Assembly (NCBI GenBank): GCA_965214935.1
Contig: CBDCCS010000020.1
Location: forward strand, 1-64,000
DNA from: Candidatus Velthaea sp.
Lineage (GTDB): Bacteria; Vulcanimicrobiota; Vulcanimicrobiia; Vulcanimicrobiales; Vulcanimicrobiaceae
Length of the DNA stretch: 64,000 nucleotides
Direction of reading: 5' to 3'
Below are positions 44,880 to 56,579 of the stretch, one piece after another. A model generated the notes under the pieces. The model made no database searches and was not told where the DNA came from. It was given only the letters and a program-made list of their open reading frames with translations. The translations under genes and the position numbers were made by a program. The first letter of the stretch is position 1, and every line of letters starts with the position of its first letter.

Positions 44880-45973
44880 CGCGTACCGTTACTCCAGATC
44901 GCGCCGGGAATGAGCAGATCGCCGGTCATAAGCGCGCGCGCGGTGCGCAGCAGTGCCGAACGCCGAACGTGCGGGCCGCTGGAGCCGTCGACAATCTCCA
45001 TATCCACAGTGAAAAATCCGGTCGGGTGTTCGATCTCGAACGTTCGCGCGCCCGTACCACCGGCACCGGTTATGTCGGCGGCGATCGACCCGGGCAGCGC
45101 GCAGGCCGTCGCAACACTGACCGCGCCGAAAACGCCGATCGCCTTGTGCACCGTGTGCGGAATGAAGCTGCGCGTCGAAAGCGTGCCGCCGTTTTGGGGT
45201 GCCGATACCAAGCACACTTTGGGCACCGTTTTGCGCGTCACATCGCCGAGGTGCATCCGCTCGCCCGCGGCGAGCCGCAGCCGCTCGACGCGCGCGCACA
45301 ACGTCCGATCGGCTTCCATTTCCGCCGGCGTCTCACGGCCCGTCTGACCGAAGTCGGCAGCCCGCACGACGACAACGGGCATGCCGTTGTCGATGAGCGT
45401 CGCGGCGGTACCTTCGATTTCATCCTGCGCGTTGCCGGTGGGCAAAAGAGCACCGCACGTTCCACCGGCGATATCGAGAAAGTCGATGCGGATCGGTGCG
45501 GCCGTCCCCGGCACGCCGTCGATGCGCGCTTCGCCGTCGTAACGCACGCGGCCGCCGGGTGTTTCAACGACGGCGACCGCGACCGATGCCGTGTTCACCA
45601 TATGAATGCGAATGCGCGTCAGCGGATCGGCGGTCGCAACCACGCCGCGCTCGAGCGCGAACGGTCCGACACCCGCGAGCATGTTGCCGCAGTTCTGCGA
45701 GCCGTCGACGCGCGCTTCGTTAACGACGACTTGTAAAAATAAATAATCGACGTCCGCATCCGGCCGCGTTGACGGTCCGACGATCGCCACTTTACTGGTC
45801 AGCGAATCGGCGCCGCCGACGCCGTCGATCTGGCGCACGTCCGGCGAACCCAGCGCCGCGAGCAGCACGCGATCGCGCAGCGCCGGATCGGCGGGCAGGT
45901 CGGCGGCGAGAAAGAACGGCCCCTTCGAGGTGCCGCCGCGCATGAGCGTGCACGGGATCGCCGTTTGCATCAT
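44876..45973 (-). CDS. ligU: 4-oxalomesaconate tautomerase (PrpF family)
   Basis: MRGGTSKG, GSPD.RQIDG, NCGNMLAGVG, EHPTG, LRTARALM; ATGA overlap with ligK. Confidence 0.9.
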   Translation of the reverse strand: MMQTAIPCTLMRGGTSKGPFFLAADLPADPALRDRVLLAALGSPDVRQIDGVGGADSLTSKVAIVGPSTRPDADVDYLFLQVVVNEARVDGSQNCGNMLAGVGPFALERGVVATADPLTRIRIHMVNTASVAVAVVETPGGRVRYDGEARIDGVPGTAAPIRIDFLDIAGGTCGALLPTGNAQDEIEGTAATLIDNGMPVVVVRAADFGQTGRETPAEMEADRTLCARVERLRLAAGERMHLGDVTRKTVPKVCLVSAPQNGGTLSTRSFIPHTVHKAIGVFGAVSVATACALPGSIAADITGAGGTGARTFEIEHPTGFFTVDMEIVDGSSGPHVRRSALLRTARALMTGDLLIPGAIWSNGTR

Positions 45974-46596
45974 ACGCGCGCGGCGGTGACGATCCGGCGC
46001 AAGTCGTTGACATCGTACGAGCGTTCGCCGTTGGCATAGCGTTCGCGGCTCCGCTGCTCGTTCGCGAGCCGCTGGCGCGCGGCGTCGACGACCGTCGCAA
46101 CTTGCGCGGCGGCGACGGAACAGGCGCCATCGGCATCGAGCACGACCAGATCGCCCGGCACGATGGTCGTGCCGCCGACGGTGACCGGAACATCGAGCGC
46201 ACCGACGACGGTTTTGCTCGCGCCGCGCACGCGAATCCAGCGGGTCCAAACCGGCAAACCCATCGTTGCCAGCTCTTCGGCATCGCGCGACGAGGCATCG
46301 ACCAGAACACCCGCCGCACCGGCAACGAGTAGCTGCGTTACGAGCAATTCCCCGATGAGCGCGACCGGCCGTGGCTCGGGCATGGTCAACACGACAATAT
46401 CGCCGCGTTCGATCCGTTCGATCGCCGCGTGCACCATCAGATTGTCGTCCTGTCCGCAGCGGACGGTCCGGGCCGGCCCCGCGACCCGGCTGTGCGGAAT
46501 GAGTTGCTGCAGATCGATGTCGATCAGGCCGGCTTTCCCTGAAGCCTCGTACACGGTCGCTACGCCGAGTCGCGCGAGCTCTACATAATCGATCAC
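45970..46596 (-). CDS. ligK: 4-carboxy-4-hydroxy-2-oxoadipate aldolase (RraA/HMG aldolase family)
   Basis: LGVATVYEA, DNLMVHAA, GELL, RD, PGDLVVLDADG; operon context. Confidence 0.85.
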   Translation of the reverse strand: MIDYVELARLGVATVYEASGKAGLIDIDLQQLIPHSRVAGPARTVRCGQDDNLMVHAAIERIERGDIVVLTMPEPRPVALIGELLVTQLLVAGAAGVLVDASSRDAEELATMGLPVWTRWIRVRGASKTVVGALDVPVTVGGTTIVPGDLVVLDADGACSVAAAQVATVVDAARQRLANEQRSRERYANGERSYDVNDLRRIVTAARV

Positions 46597-46681
46597 GGCG
46601 TAAGCCTCGCCGCCCGCAGATCGCGGGCTGAAAGCGAAGAACGTTGTTTGTCTACCAGGAGGGAACCGATCGAGGCGCCAA

Positions 46682-46695
46682 GATTGCTAACAATC
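46682..46695. promoter_or_regulatory. Palindrome in the divergent ligK/gntR intergenic region; candidate GntR operator
   Basis: GATTG-CTAA-CAATC immediately before the gntR ATG. Confidence 0.5.
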
Positions 46696-47394
46696 ATGAC
46701 GCCGATTTTCAGCGAGGTTGTCGCCGCTCCTGCGCGTTCACGCTCCTCCGCCGAAGTTGCCGAGGCGTTACGCCGTGCCATCGTCGACGGCGAGCTCGCG
46801 CCGAACGAACGGCTCATCGAGCAAGACCTCGCCCGCGAGCTCAATACGAACCGGGCCGTGGTGCGGGGCGCGCTCGCGCAGCTCGAGCAACAGCGGCTTA
46901 TCGTGCGTGAACCGAACCGTGGCGTTCGCGTCCGCACGTATACCGCCGAACAAGCCGCCGAAATTTTAGAAACGCGCGCTTCGCTCGAAGGCTTGGTGGC
47001 ACGTCGCGCAGCGCGACTCATCGACGCTGCCGGCGTCGGCGCCTTGCGCGAAATTCTAACCGCCATGCAAGCCCGCCGCGAAGCCGGCGACCTGCTGGCA
47101 TACTCCCAGCTCAACGCCCAATTCCATCGGACTATTTTGAACATCGGCCGCCACGAGACAGCAGCGATGCTGCTTGCGATGCTGCAATCACAAGCGGTTC
47201 GGTATCAATTCCGCACGGTGCTCGAACCGGGTCGCATCGCGCGCTCGCTCGCGGAACACACGGCCATCGTCGACGCGTTGGCCGCGCACGATGAAGCGGC
47301 CGCGGAACGCGCCGTCCACGCGCACATCGGCGCCGTCGCCGACACGGTCCGCTCGATCGGCGGTAGCGACTCCAACGCACTCAAAGCGATGTAA
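46696..47394 (+). CDS. GntR/FCD transcriptional regulator
   Basis: LRRAIVDGELAPNERLIE, N.QFH, EHTAIVDAL. Confidence 0.9.
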   Translation: MTPIFSEVVAAPARSRSSAEVAEALRRAIVDGELAPNERLIEQDLARELNTNRAVVRGALAQLEQQRLIVREPNRGVRVRTYTAEQAAEILETRASLEGLVARRAARLIDAAGVGALREILTAMQARREAGDLLAYSQLNAQFHRTILNIGRHETAAMLLAMLQSQAVRYQFRTVLEPGRIARSLAEHTAIVDALAAHDEAAAERAVHAHIGAVADTVRSIGGSDSNALKAM

Positions 47395-47461
47395 ACTCCA
47401 TCGAAAACCGGCCCTCGCCTCTCACTCGCTGAAAAATATATCAACCGCTGAAAGGATTGCC

Positions 47462-48751
47462 GTGCCGCTCGAATCTTCGCGACGTCATTTCATCACCTCG
47501 GCCAGTAGCGCCGCCGTCCTCACCGCCGCCGTGCCGCCGCTCTGGCAGCCGGCCGAGGCTGCCGAATCGATCAAGGTCGGTTTCATCAGCCCGCGCACCG
47601 GCCCGTTGGGTGGCTTCGGCGAGTGCGATCCCTACATCATCGGGATCGCTCGCGCGGCGCTGAGCAAAGGCTTCACGAGCGGCGGAAAATCGTATGCCGT
47701 CGAGATCGTCGATCGCGACACCCAATCGGACCCGGCGCGCGCGGGACAACTCGCCAAAGAGTTGATCAACCGCGACGGCATCGATTTCATGTTGACGACA
47801 TCGACTCCCGAAGTGGTGAACCCCGTCTCCGATGCATGCGAAGCCGCCGGCGTTCCGTGCCTCTCGACGGTCATGCCGTGGGAAGCGTGGTATTTCGGAC
47901 GCGGCGCCAAACCCGGCGCTCCGTCGCCGTTCAAGTGGACCTATCACTTCAGCTTCGGCGTCAAGAACTTCTTAGACAGCTACGTTTCGCAGTGGCGGCT
48001 CATTGAAACGAATAAAAAGGTCGGCGTTCTGTATCCCAACGACGCCGATGGTAACGCGATTCGCCAGCATCTCATTCCCGAATTGCAGAAGGCCGGTTAC
48101 ACCATCGTCGATCCGGGCGGGTACGAGGACGGCACGACCGATTACTCGGCGCAGATCGCTAAATATAAAGCCGAGCAGTGCGAAATCTTTAATTGTTTTC
48201 CGCTACCGCCCGACTTCGCGACGTTTTGGCGGCAAGCCGCGCAACAAGGCTACGCCAAGACGGTCAAGATCGTGCAGCTCGCCAAGACCGGATTATTTCC
48301 GTCGAGCATCGAGGCACTCGGATCGCTGGGCGATAAACTCGCGTCGGCGGCCTATTGGCACCCGGATTTTCCGTATCGTTCTTCGCTGACCGGAGTCAGC
48401 TCGCGGGCGCTAGCGGACAATTACGAACATGCAACGGGCAAACAGTGGAACCAGCAGGTCGGCGCGTCGCTGTCGCTGTTCGATGCGGGCTTCGCGGCGC
48501 TCAAGACCAGCGGCGCGCCGAAGAATAAAGCGGCTGTGGCGAAAGCCCTGAGCCGGCTCAACACCACCACGATCGTCGGCGTCGTCGATTTCACCCATGG
48601 TCCGGTGCCGAACGTGGCAACCACCAGTGAGATCGGCAATCAGTGGATCAAGTCGAAGCCGGGCAGCAAGTATCCCTTTGAGATGGTGATCACGGAGCAC
48701 GCCAACGATCCGCGCGTTCCGGTCAGCGCTAAACTGCTGCCGTACAGCTGA
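47462..48751 (+). CDS. ABC transporter substrate-binding protein (LivJ-like) with Tat signal
   Basis: SRRHFI twin-arginine motif; GFISPRTGPLG, DTQSDP. Confidence 0.85.
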   Translation: MPLESSRRHFITSASSAAVLTAAVPPLWQPAEAAESIKVGFISPRTGPLGGFGECDPYIIGIARAALSKGFTSGGKSYAVEIVDRDTQSDPARAGQLAKELINRDGIDFMLTTSTPEVVNPVSDACEAAGVPCLSTVMPWEAWYFGRGAKPGAPSPFKWTYHFSFGVKNFLDSYVSQWRLIETNKKVGVLYPNDADGNAIRQHLIPELQKAGYTIVDPGGYEDGTTDYSAQIAKYKAEQCEIFNCFPLPPDFATFWRQAAQQGYAKTVKIVQLAKTGLFPSSIEALGSLGDKLASAAYWHPDFPYRSSLTGVSSRALADNYEHATGKQWNQQVGASLSLFDAGFAALKTSGAPKNKAAVAKALSRLNTTTIVGVVDFTHGPVPNVATTSEIGNQWIKSKPGSKYPFEMVITEHANDPRVPVSAKLLPYS

Positions 48752-48763
48752 TCGCGTTGTGCT

Positions 48764-49510
48764 ATGAGCGCAGTCGCCGCGATCGACCGGCCGATCCTCA
48801 TTGCCGGTGGCATCGAGAAGCGTTTCGCTGCGTTCACCGCGCTCGCCGGTGTCGACTTCACGCTTGGGTCGAATGAAGCCGTCGGCATCGTCGGCCCGAA
48901 CGGTGCCGGAAAAACGACGTTGCTCAACGTGCTTGCCGGAATGTATGCACCGTCGGCGGGCAGCGTGCGATTCAACGGCGCCGACGTGACCCGACTCGAT
49001 GCCGCGTCGCGCTGCCGCCTGGGCATCGCCCGTACGCATCAGGTTCCGCGGCCCTTCGGCGATATGACCGTATTTGAAAACGTGCTCGTCGCGGCCTCGG
49101 CCGGCGGCCGGCAAACCGGCGTGCGCGGCTACGACACGAGCATCGAATCACTGCGTCTGTGCGGCATGCTCGGCATCGCCAATCGCAAGGCGGCGACGCT
49201 TGGCTTACTAGATCGGAAACGGCTCGAACTCGCACGCGCGCTAAGCACCAACCCGAAGGTGCTGCTGCTCGATGAGATCGGCGCCGGACTCACGGATGCG
49301 GAAGCCGGCGAACTCGTTGCGATCGTTCGCGAATTACGCGGTCGCGGCATCGCGCTGGTGTGGATCGAGCACATCTTGCACGTGTTGCTGCAAGTGGCGG
49401 AGCGGCTTATCTGCATGGATGCGGGCAACGTGATCGCGCAAGGCGCACCGGACGCCGTCTTAAGACATCCGGCCGTCATCGAAGCGTATCTGGGCAGCGG
49501 TGTGGCATGA
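48764..49510 (+). CDS. ABC ATP-binding protein (LivG-like)
   Basis: GPNGAGKTT, LLLDE, WIEH, EAYLG. Confidence 0.9.
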   Translation: MSAVAAIDRPILIAGGIEKRFAAFTALAGVDFTLGSNEAVGIVGPNGAGKTTLLNVLAGMYAPSAGSVRFNGADVTRLDAASRCRLGIARTHQVPRPFGDMTVFENVLVAASAGGRQTGVRGYDTSIESLRLCGMLGIANRKAATLGLLDRKRLELARALSTNPKVLLLDEIGAGLTDAEAGELVAIVRELRGRGIALVWIEHILHVLLQVAERLICMDAGNVIAQGAPDAVLRHPAVIEAYLGSGVA

Positions 49511-50232
49511 GCCTGTTGCGCGTTGACGGGCTCGATGCCCGGCACGGCCTGCTCGTTGCCGTGCGCGACGTGACCCTGCATATACCCGAAGGCGAGATCG
49601 TCGCGCTCGTCGGCGCCAACGGTGCCGGTAAAACGACGCTGCTCCGGACAATTGCCGGCGCACATCGCGCGACCGCCGGCAGCATCACGTTCGACGGTCG
49701 CGACGTCACGGCGGAACGCGCGTTCGCGCGCGCGCGGTTGGGGATCGCACTCGTTCCCGAAGGCCGGCGCTTATTCGGCGGGCTCACCGTTGAAGAGAAT
49801 CTGCGCGCCGCCGGCCGCACCGGGCGTGCCGGCCACTGGAATTACTCCACGGTCCTCGACGCGTTCCCGATGCTCGAGCCGCTGGTTAAACGGCGCAGCG
49901 GTGATCTATCGGGCGGCCAACAGCAGGCCACCGCCATCGGGCGCGCGCTGATGACCAATCCGCGCGTCTTGCTGCTCGACGAAGTTTCGCTCGGGCTCTC
50001 GCCGGCGGCCGTAAACGTCGTTTACGATTCGCTGCGGACCGTTATCGGCGGCGGAGCGACGATCGTGATCGTCGAGCAAGATCTCACCCGCGTGCTACGG
50101 ATTGCAACACGCGTGCTGTGCATGCTCGAAGGACGCATCGTGCTCGACGGCCGCACGACCGAATTATCGAGGGCCCACATCACGGAAGCGTATTTTGGCT
50201 TACGGCGTCCGGCGCATGGTGCGCACGCCTGA
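49507..50232 (+). CDS. ABC ATP-binding protein (LivF-like)
   Basis: GANGAGKTT, VPEGRRLF, LSGGQQQ, LLLDE. Confidence 0.9.
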   Translation: MSLLRVDGLDARHGLLVAVRDVTLHIPEGEIVALVGANGAGKTTLLRTIAGAHRATAGSITFDGRDVTAERAFARARLGIALVPEGRRLFGGLTVEENLRAAGRTGRAGHWNYSTVLDAFPMLEPLVKRRSGDLSGGQQQATAIGRALMTNPRVLLLDEVSLGLSPAAVNVVYDSLRTVIGGGATIVIVEQDLTRVLRIATRVLCMLEGRIVLDGRTTELSRAHITEAYFGLRRPAHGAHA

Positions 50233-51134
50233 TGTGGATCGATCAGATTATTCAGGGCATTCTCCTCGGCGGCTATTACGCGCTCATTGCCTGCGGTTTA
50301 TCATTCATGTACGGCGTCATGCGCATCATCAATCTCGCGCACGGCAGCCTGGTGGTGCTGGCCGGCTATCTGGTGTGGTCGCTCGCCGATCGCCTGACGA
50401 TCTCACCGTTTCTCGCACTCCTCGCGATCGTGCCCGTGATGGCGCTCGTCGGCTGGCTGTTGCAGCGGACCGTCCTCGAGCGCAGTTTGCGGTCGGGTCC
50501 GCTCACCCCGCTGCTGAGCACCTTCGGCATTGCCATCGTCATCGACAATCTGTTGTTCGAACGCTATGGTGCCGACACGCGTTCGCTCGCGCCGCAGATC
50601 GGCGATCTTGCCTTTGCGAGTTGGAATCTACCGGGCGGCGTGACGATCGGCCAACTCGCGCTGCTGACGTTCGGCGTTGCCATCGTCTTACTCGGCGGAC
50701 TGCAATTGTTCCTCAAACAAACGCCGCTCGGCCGCGCCATTCGAGCGACGGCCGAGGATGCGGACACCGCTGAACTCATCGGCATCGACTCGCGCACCGT
50801 TTATGCGGCGGCAGCCGCGATCTCGCTTGCGACCGTCGCGATCGCCGGAACATTTTTAGGCTTACGCGCGACCTTCGATCCATACACGGGTGCGGCGCAA
50901 TTAATTTTTGCCTTCGAGGCGATCGTTATCGGCGGCGCCGGCTCGTTGTGGGGCACGCTGGCGGGCGGCGTTGCGCTGGGTATCGCTCAAAACATCGGCT
51001 CGCAGCTGTATCCGCAAGGCTTTCTCATCGCGGGCCATGCGTTGTTTTTCATCGTCCTCGCGCTGCGTTTCTTGGGTGCGCGCCGCGACCCGTTTGCGTT
51101 TTTCAAAGCGCGAACGCTGCGGCGGCCGGCATGA
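50232..51134 (+). CDS. ABC permease (LivH-like)
   Basis: GGYYALIACGLS, INLAHG, GRAIRA. Confidence 0.88.
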   Translation: MWIDQIIQGILLGGYYALIACGLSFMYGVMRIINLAHGSLVVLAGYLVWSLADRLTISPFLALLAIVPVMALVGWLLQRTVLERSLRSGPLTPLLSTFGIAIVIDNLLFERYGADTRSLAPQIGDLAFASWNLPGGVTIGQLALLTFGVAIVLLGGLQLFLKQTPLGRAIRATAEDADTAELIGIDSRTVYAAAAAISLATVAIAGTFLGLRATFDPYTGAAQLIFAFEAIVIGGAGSLWGTLAGGVALGIAQNIGSQLYPQGFLIAGHALFFIVLALRFLGARRDPFAFFKARTLRRPA

Positions 51135-52147
51135 CCGCCGACCGCGTGACCGTCCAGCGCTGGAGTCCGGTTTCCGTCGCCGCGACAGCGGGCTTGTGCG
51201 CGATCGTTGCGCTGCTCGCCTTTGGTCCGTTGTACTTCGGCGCGTATCTCACCGACCGCATCACGACGCTTTTCATCTACATCATCTTGGCCGCGATGTG
51301 GAACGCACTGGCCGGTTACGCGGGCCTTGTTTCGGTGGGGCAACAAGCGTTTTTCGGACTTGGCGCCTACGCCGCGATTCGACTCTCGCACGGCGGAGTC
51401 GCGGTGTTTCCCGCGCTCGTACTCGGGCCGCTCGTCGTCGGCGTTCTCGCGCTCGCCATCTCGCCGCTCGCGCTACGGCTGCGGGCCGGCGAGTTTGCCA
51501 TCGGGATGTGGGTTTTTAGCGAAATCGCGCACCTGCTCGTAAATTTGGACGGGCTCGTGCAAGGCGAAACGGGCACCTCGCTGATCGCACTTTCGGCGCT
51601 ACCCGCCGCTGCTCGCCGATCCGATATCTACTGGCTTGCGCTGGGCGTCATGACCGTACTCGTTGCGCTAATTTTCTTTTTGCTTCGCAGCCGGATGGGC
51701 GCGTCGATTCAAGCGATCCGCGATAACGAGGAAGCCGCGGCGTCCGTCGGTGTGCGCCTGATGTCGACCAAGCGCATCATTTTTGTGCTCGCCGCGATCG
51801 GCTGCGCGGCAGCCGGCGCGTTGACGCTCGCGACCCTGATCAGCTTTCAGCCCAAAACGTATTTTAGCGTGCAGTGGACAGCCTATATGGTGTTCATGAC
51901 ACTCGTCGGCGGCCTCGGCACGTTCGAGGGGCCGATTCTGGGCGCGGTGCTCTTCTTCATCATCGAAACCGTTTTTGGCGGCAGCGGCGTGTGGTATCTC
52001 GTCGCGCTCGGCGCATCGGCGCTGATCTTCTCGCTGTTTCTGCCGCGCGGTATTTGGGGCACGCTGAGCGGCCGTTCCGGCATCGCGCTTTTACCGGTCG
52101 GATACCGGCTGCTGACTCGCGCCGGTTCGGCGACGAAAGGTTCTTAA
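51131..52147 (+). CDS. ABC permease (LivM-like)
   Basis: WNALAGYAGLVSVGQQAFFGLGAY, AIRDNEEAA, GGLGTFEGP. Confidence 0.88.
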   Translation: MTADRVTVQRWSPVSVAATAGLCAIVALLAFGPLYFGAYLTDRITTLFIYIILAAMWNALAGYAGLVSVGQQAFFGLGAYAAIRLSHGGVAVFPALVLGPLVVGVLALAISPLALRLRAGEFAIGMWVFSEIAHLLVNLDGLVQGETGTSLIALSALPAAARRSDIYWLALGVMTVLVALIFFLLRSRMGASIQAIRDNEEAAASVGVRLMSTKRIIFVLAAIGCAAAGALTLATLISFQPKTYFSVQWTAYMVFMTLVGGLGTFEGPILGAVLFFIIETVFGGSGVWYLVALGASALIFSLFLPRGIWGTLSGRSGIALLPVGYRLLTRAGSATKGS

Positions 52148-52151
52148 ATTT

Positions 52152-54448
<2,297 letters not shown>

Positions 54449-54485
54449 TGCTTTGAATTCAGCAAGGTACTTGACTGCGCGACCC

Positions 54486-54539
54486 CGCGCGCGGCCGCCG
54501 CAAGCCTCGCGGAACACGAACGTCGGTTTGCCATTCGCC
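54486..54539 (+). repeat. Diverged duplicate of the last ~50 bp of pobA
   Basis: GCGCGGCCGCCGC.AGCCT.GCGGAA...GTCGGTTTGCCATTCGCC at both ~54395-54445 and 54486-54539. Confidence 0.8.
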
Positions 54540-54568
54540 GAAGTGCGAAAATAAGGAAGTAGGATACC

Positions 54569-56038
54569 ATGCAAGCGACTCAAGAAGCACTGCTGCGTCC
54601 CGGTCTGTGGGCCGGACGGGCATTCATTGGTGAATGGCAGACGCTGCGCGGCGTGCGTGACGTCGTCGAGCCGGCGACCGGCGCAATTCTCGGCCAGGTC
54701 GCAATGGCCGACGCTGCGGACATTGCGCGCGCAACGGCGGTCGCGCGCGAAGCTCAATCCGGATGGGCGGCACTGCCCTACGAACGGCGCGCGCAAGTCC
54801 TGCGCGATGCGGCGGCCGTGCTTCGCGCCACAGCCGCGGAAGTTGCCGATTGGATCGTGCGCGAGAGCGGATCGATCGCCGATAAAGCTCACTTTGAAAT
54901 CGGAATTACGATCAAGGCGCTCGACGAAGCAGCGAGCCTACCTTCGCAACCCCTCGGCCACGTATTAGCCCATCAGCCCGGCGTCACCAGCTTGGCGAAA
55001 CGCGTTCCGCTGGGTGTTGTGGGCGTCATATCGCCGTTTAATTTTCCGCTCTTCCTGGCGATGCGCGCCGTCGCCCCGGCACTCGCGTTGGGCAACGCCG
55101 TCGTGCTCAAGCCCGATCCACGCACCGCCGTCTGCGGCGGGGTGACGATCGCCCGGATATTCGAGCAGGCCGGCTTACCTGCGGGCGTACTCGCCGTGCT
55201 GCCCGGTGGCGGCGAAGCGGGCGAAGCGCTCTGCACCGATCCCAATGTCGCGATGATTCAATTCACCGGTTCGACGAACGCCGGGCGCCGCGTCGGCGAA
55301 ACGGCGGGACGCCATCTCAAGAAAGTCTCGCTCGAACTCGGCGGCAAGAACTCACTCATTCTGCTCGCCGACGCCGATCTCGAATTAGCCGTGAAAAACG
55401 CGACGTTCGGCGCGTTCTTTCATCAAGGCCAAATCTGCATGGCGACGGGCCGCATCCTCGTTCACGCAACGATCGCCGGCGCGTTTTCGGAACGGCTGGC
55501 CGCTCACGCCCGAACGTTACCGTGCGGCGATCCGGCCGGCGGCAACGTGGCGCTCGGCCCGGTTATCGATCGCGTTCAGCTCGACGCGATTGCGGCCGTG
55601 GTCGACGCGACCGTTTCCGCCGGCGCGACGCTGCTTGCCGGCGGTACCTCATCCGGTTTATTTTATGCGCCGACGGTCATCACCGGTGTCCGGCCCGGCA
55701 TGCCGGCCTACGACCGCGAGGTGTTCGGCCCGGTCGCGCTCATTACGACGTTCGAGACCGACGATGAAGCAATCGCGCTGGCCAACGATACGGAGTACGG
55801 GCTGTCGGCGGCGATCATCACCAAAGACGTCGCGCGCGCCTTGCGCATCGGCGATCGGATTCGATCGGGGGCCTTGCACGTAAACGACCAAACGATTAAC
55901 GACGACGTGATCAATCCGTTTGGCGGGGCCGGAGCCTCGGGCAATGGAACGAGCGTCGGCGGCCCGGCAAATGCGGACGAGTATTCGCAATGGCGCTGGA
56001 TTACCATAAAGAGCGAAGCGCCGGCCTATCCGATGTGA
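54569..56038 (+). CDS. Aromatic aldehyde dehydrogenase (benzaldehyde dehydrogenase type)
   Basis: ISPFNFP, KPDPRT, FTGST, LELGGKN, HQGQICM, EVFGP, SGNG..GG.AN. Confidence 0.9.
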   Translation: MQATQEALLRPGLWAGRAFIGEWQTLRGVRDVVEPATGAILGQVAMADAADIARATAVAREAQSGWAALPYERRAQVLRDAAAVLRATAAEVADWIVRESGSIADKAHFEIGITIKALDEAASLPSQPLGHVLAHQPGVTSLAKRVPLGVVGVISPFNFPLFLAMRAVAPALALGNAVVLKPDPRTAVCGGVTIARIFEQAGLPAGVLAVLPGGGEAGEALCTDPNVAMIQFTGSTNAGRRVGETAGRHLKKVSLELGGKNSLILLADADLELAVKNATFGAFFHQGQICMATGRILVHATIAGAFSERLAAHARTLPCGDPAGGNVALGPVIDRVQLDAIAAVVDATVSAGATLLAGGTSSGLFYAPTVITGVRPGMPAYDREVFGPVALITTFETDDEAIALANDTEYGLSAAIITKDVARALRIGDRIRSGALHVNDQTINDDVINPFGGAGASGNGTSVGGPANADEYSQWRWITIKSEAPAYPM

Positions 56039-56105
56039 CGTTCGCCGGCGCGAACGCAGCGATGGCTGACGTTTAATCGAACGTCTGTTCGGGTATTAAA
56101 TCTGT

Positions 56106-56495
56106 ATGTTGAGCGAAATTGAAACCGATCCGATGATGGCCCGTCTTACGAACGACCTAGCCGCGGGAACCGATATCGGTCACTACGGCCGTCTGGTCTT
56201 CGCTATGATCGCGCGCCACTTTGCAACGGAAGACGAACTGGTCGCCGCGCTCGCGAACGACCACGACTTTTCAAACGAACAAGCGCAAGTGCTCGTGCGC
56301 GAAGTCATTGAAGCCGGCTATTCGCCGCCGAAGCGTGAAAAAATACTCGATTTTTCGTCGCGCCAGGACTATCCGATTATTGAAAATCCGCAAGATCCGG
56401 ATCTGGGCAACGTCTATAAATCACTCCGGTTCCCCGACGATGTCTACGAACATATCGAACACTATCGCGAAAGCAAAATCGCCGCCGCACATTAA
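56106..56495 (+). CDS. Hypothetical protein
   Basis: Clean 129-aa ORF between oriented neighbours, protein-like composition (DIGHYGRLVFAMIARHF). Confidence 0.65.
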   Translation: MLSEIETDPMMARLTNDLAAGTDIGHYGRLVFAMIARHFATEDELVAALANDHDFSNEQAQVLVREVIEAGYSPPKREKILDFSSRQDYPIIENPQDPDLGNVYKSLRFPDDVYEHIEHYRESKIAAAH

Positions 56496-56579
56496 TCGTT
56501 CACCGGTTAGGCCGGCGTTGGGAGCTTCGCTGCCCCCGACGTCGCCGGCCGGTCGGAACACGTTATGCGCTCGGCCGAA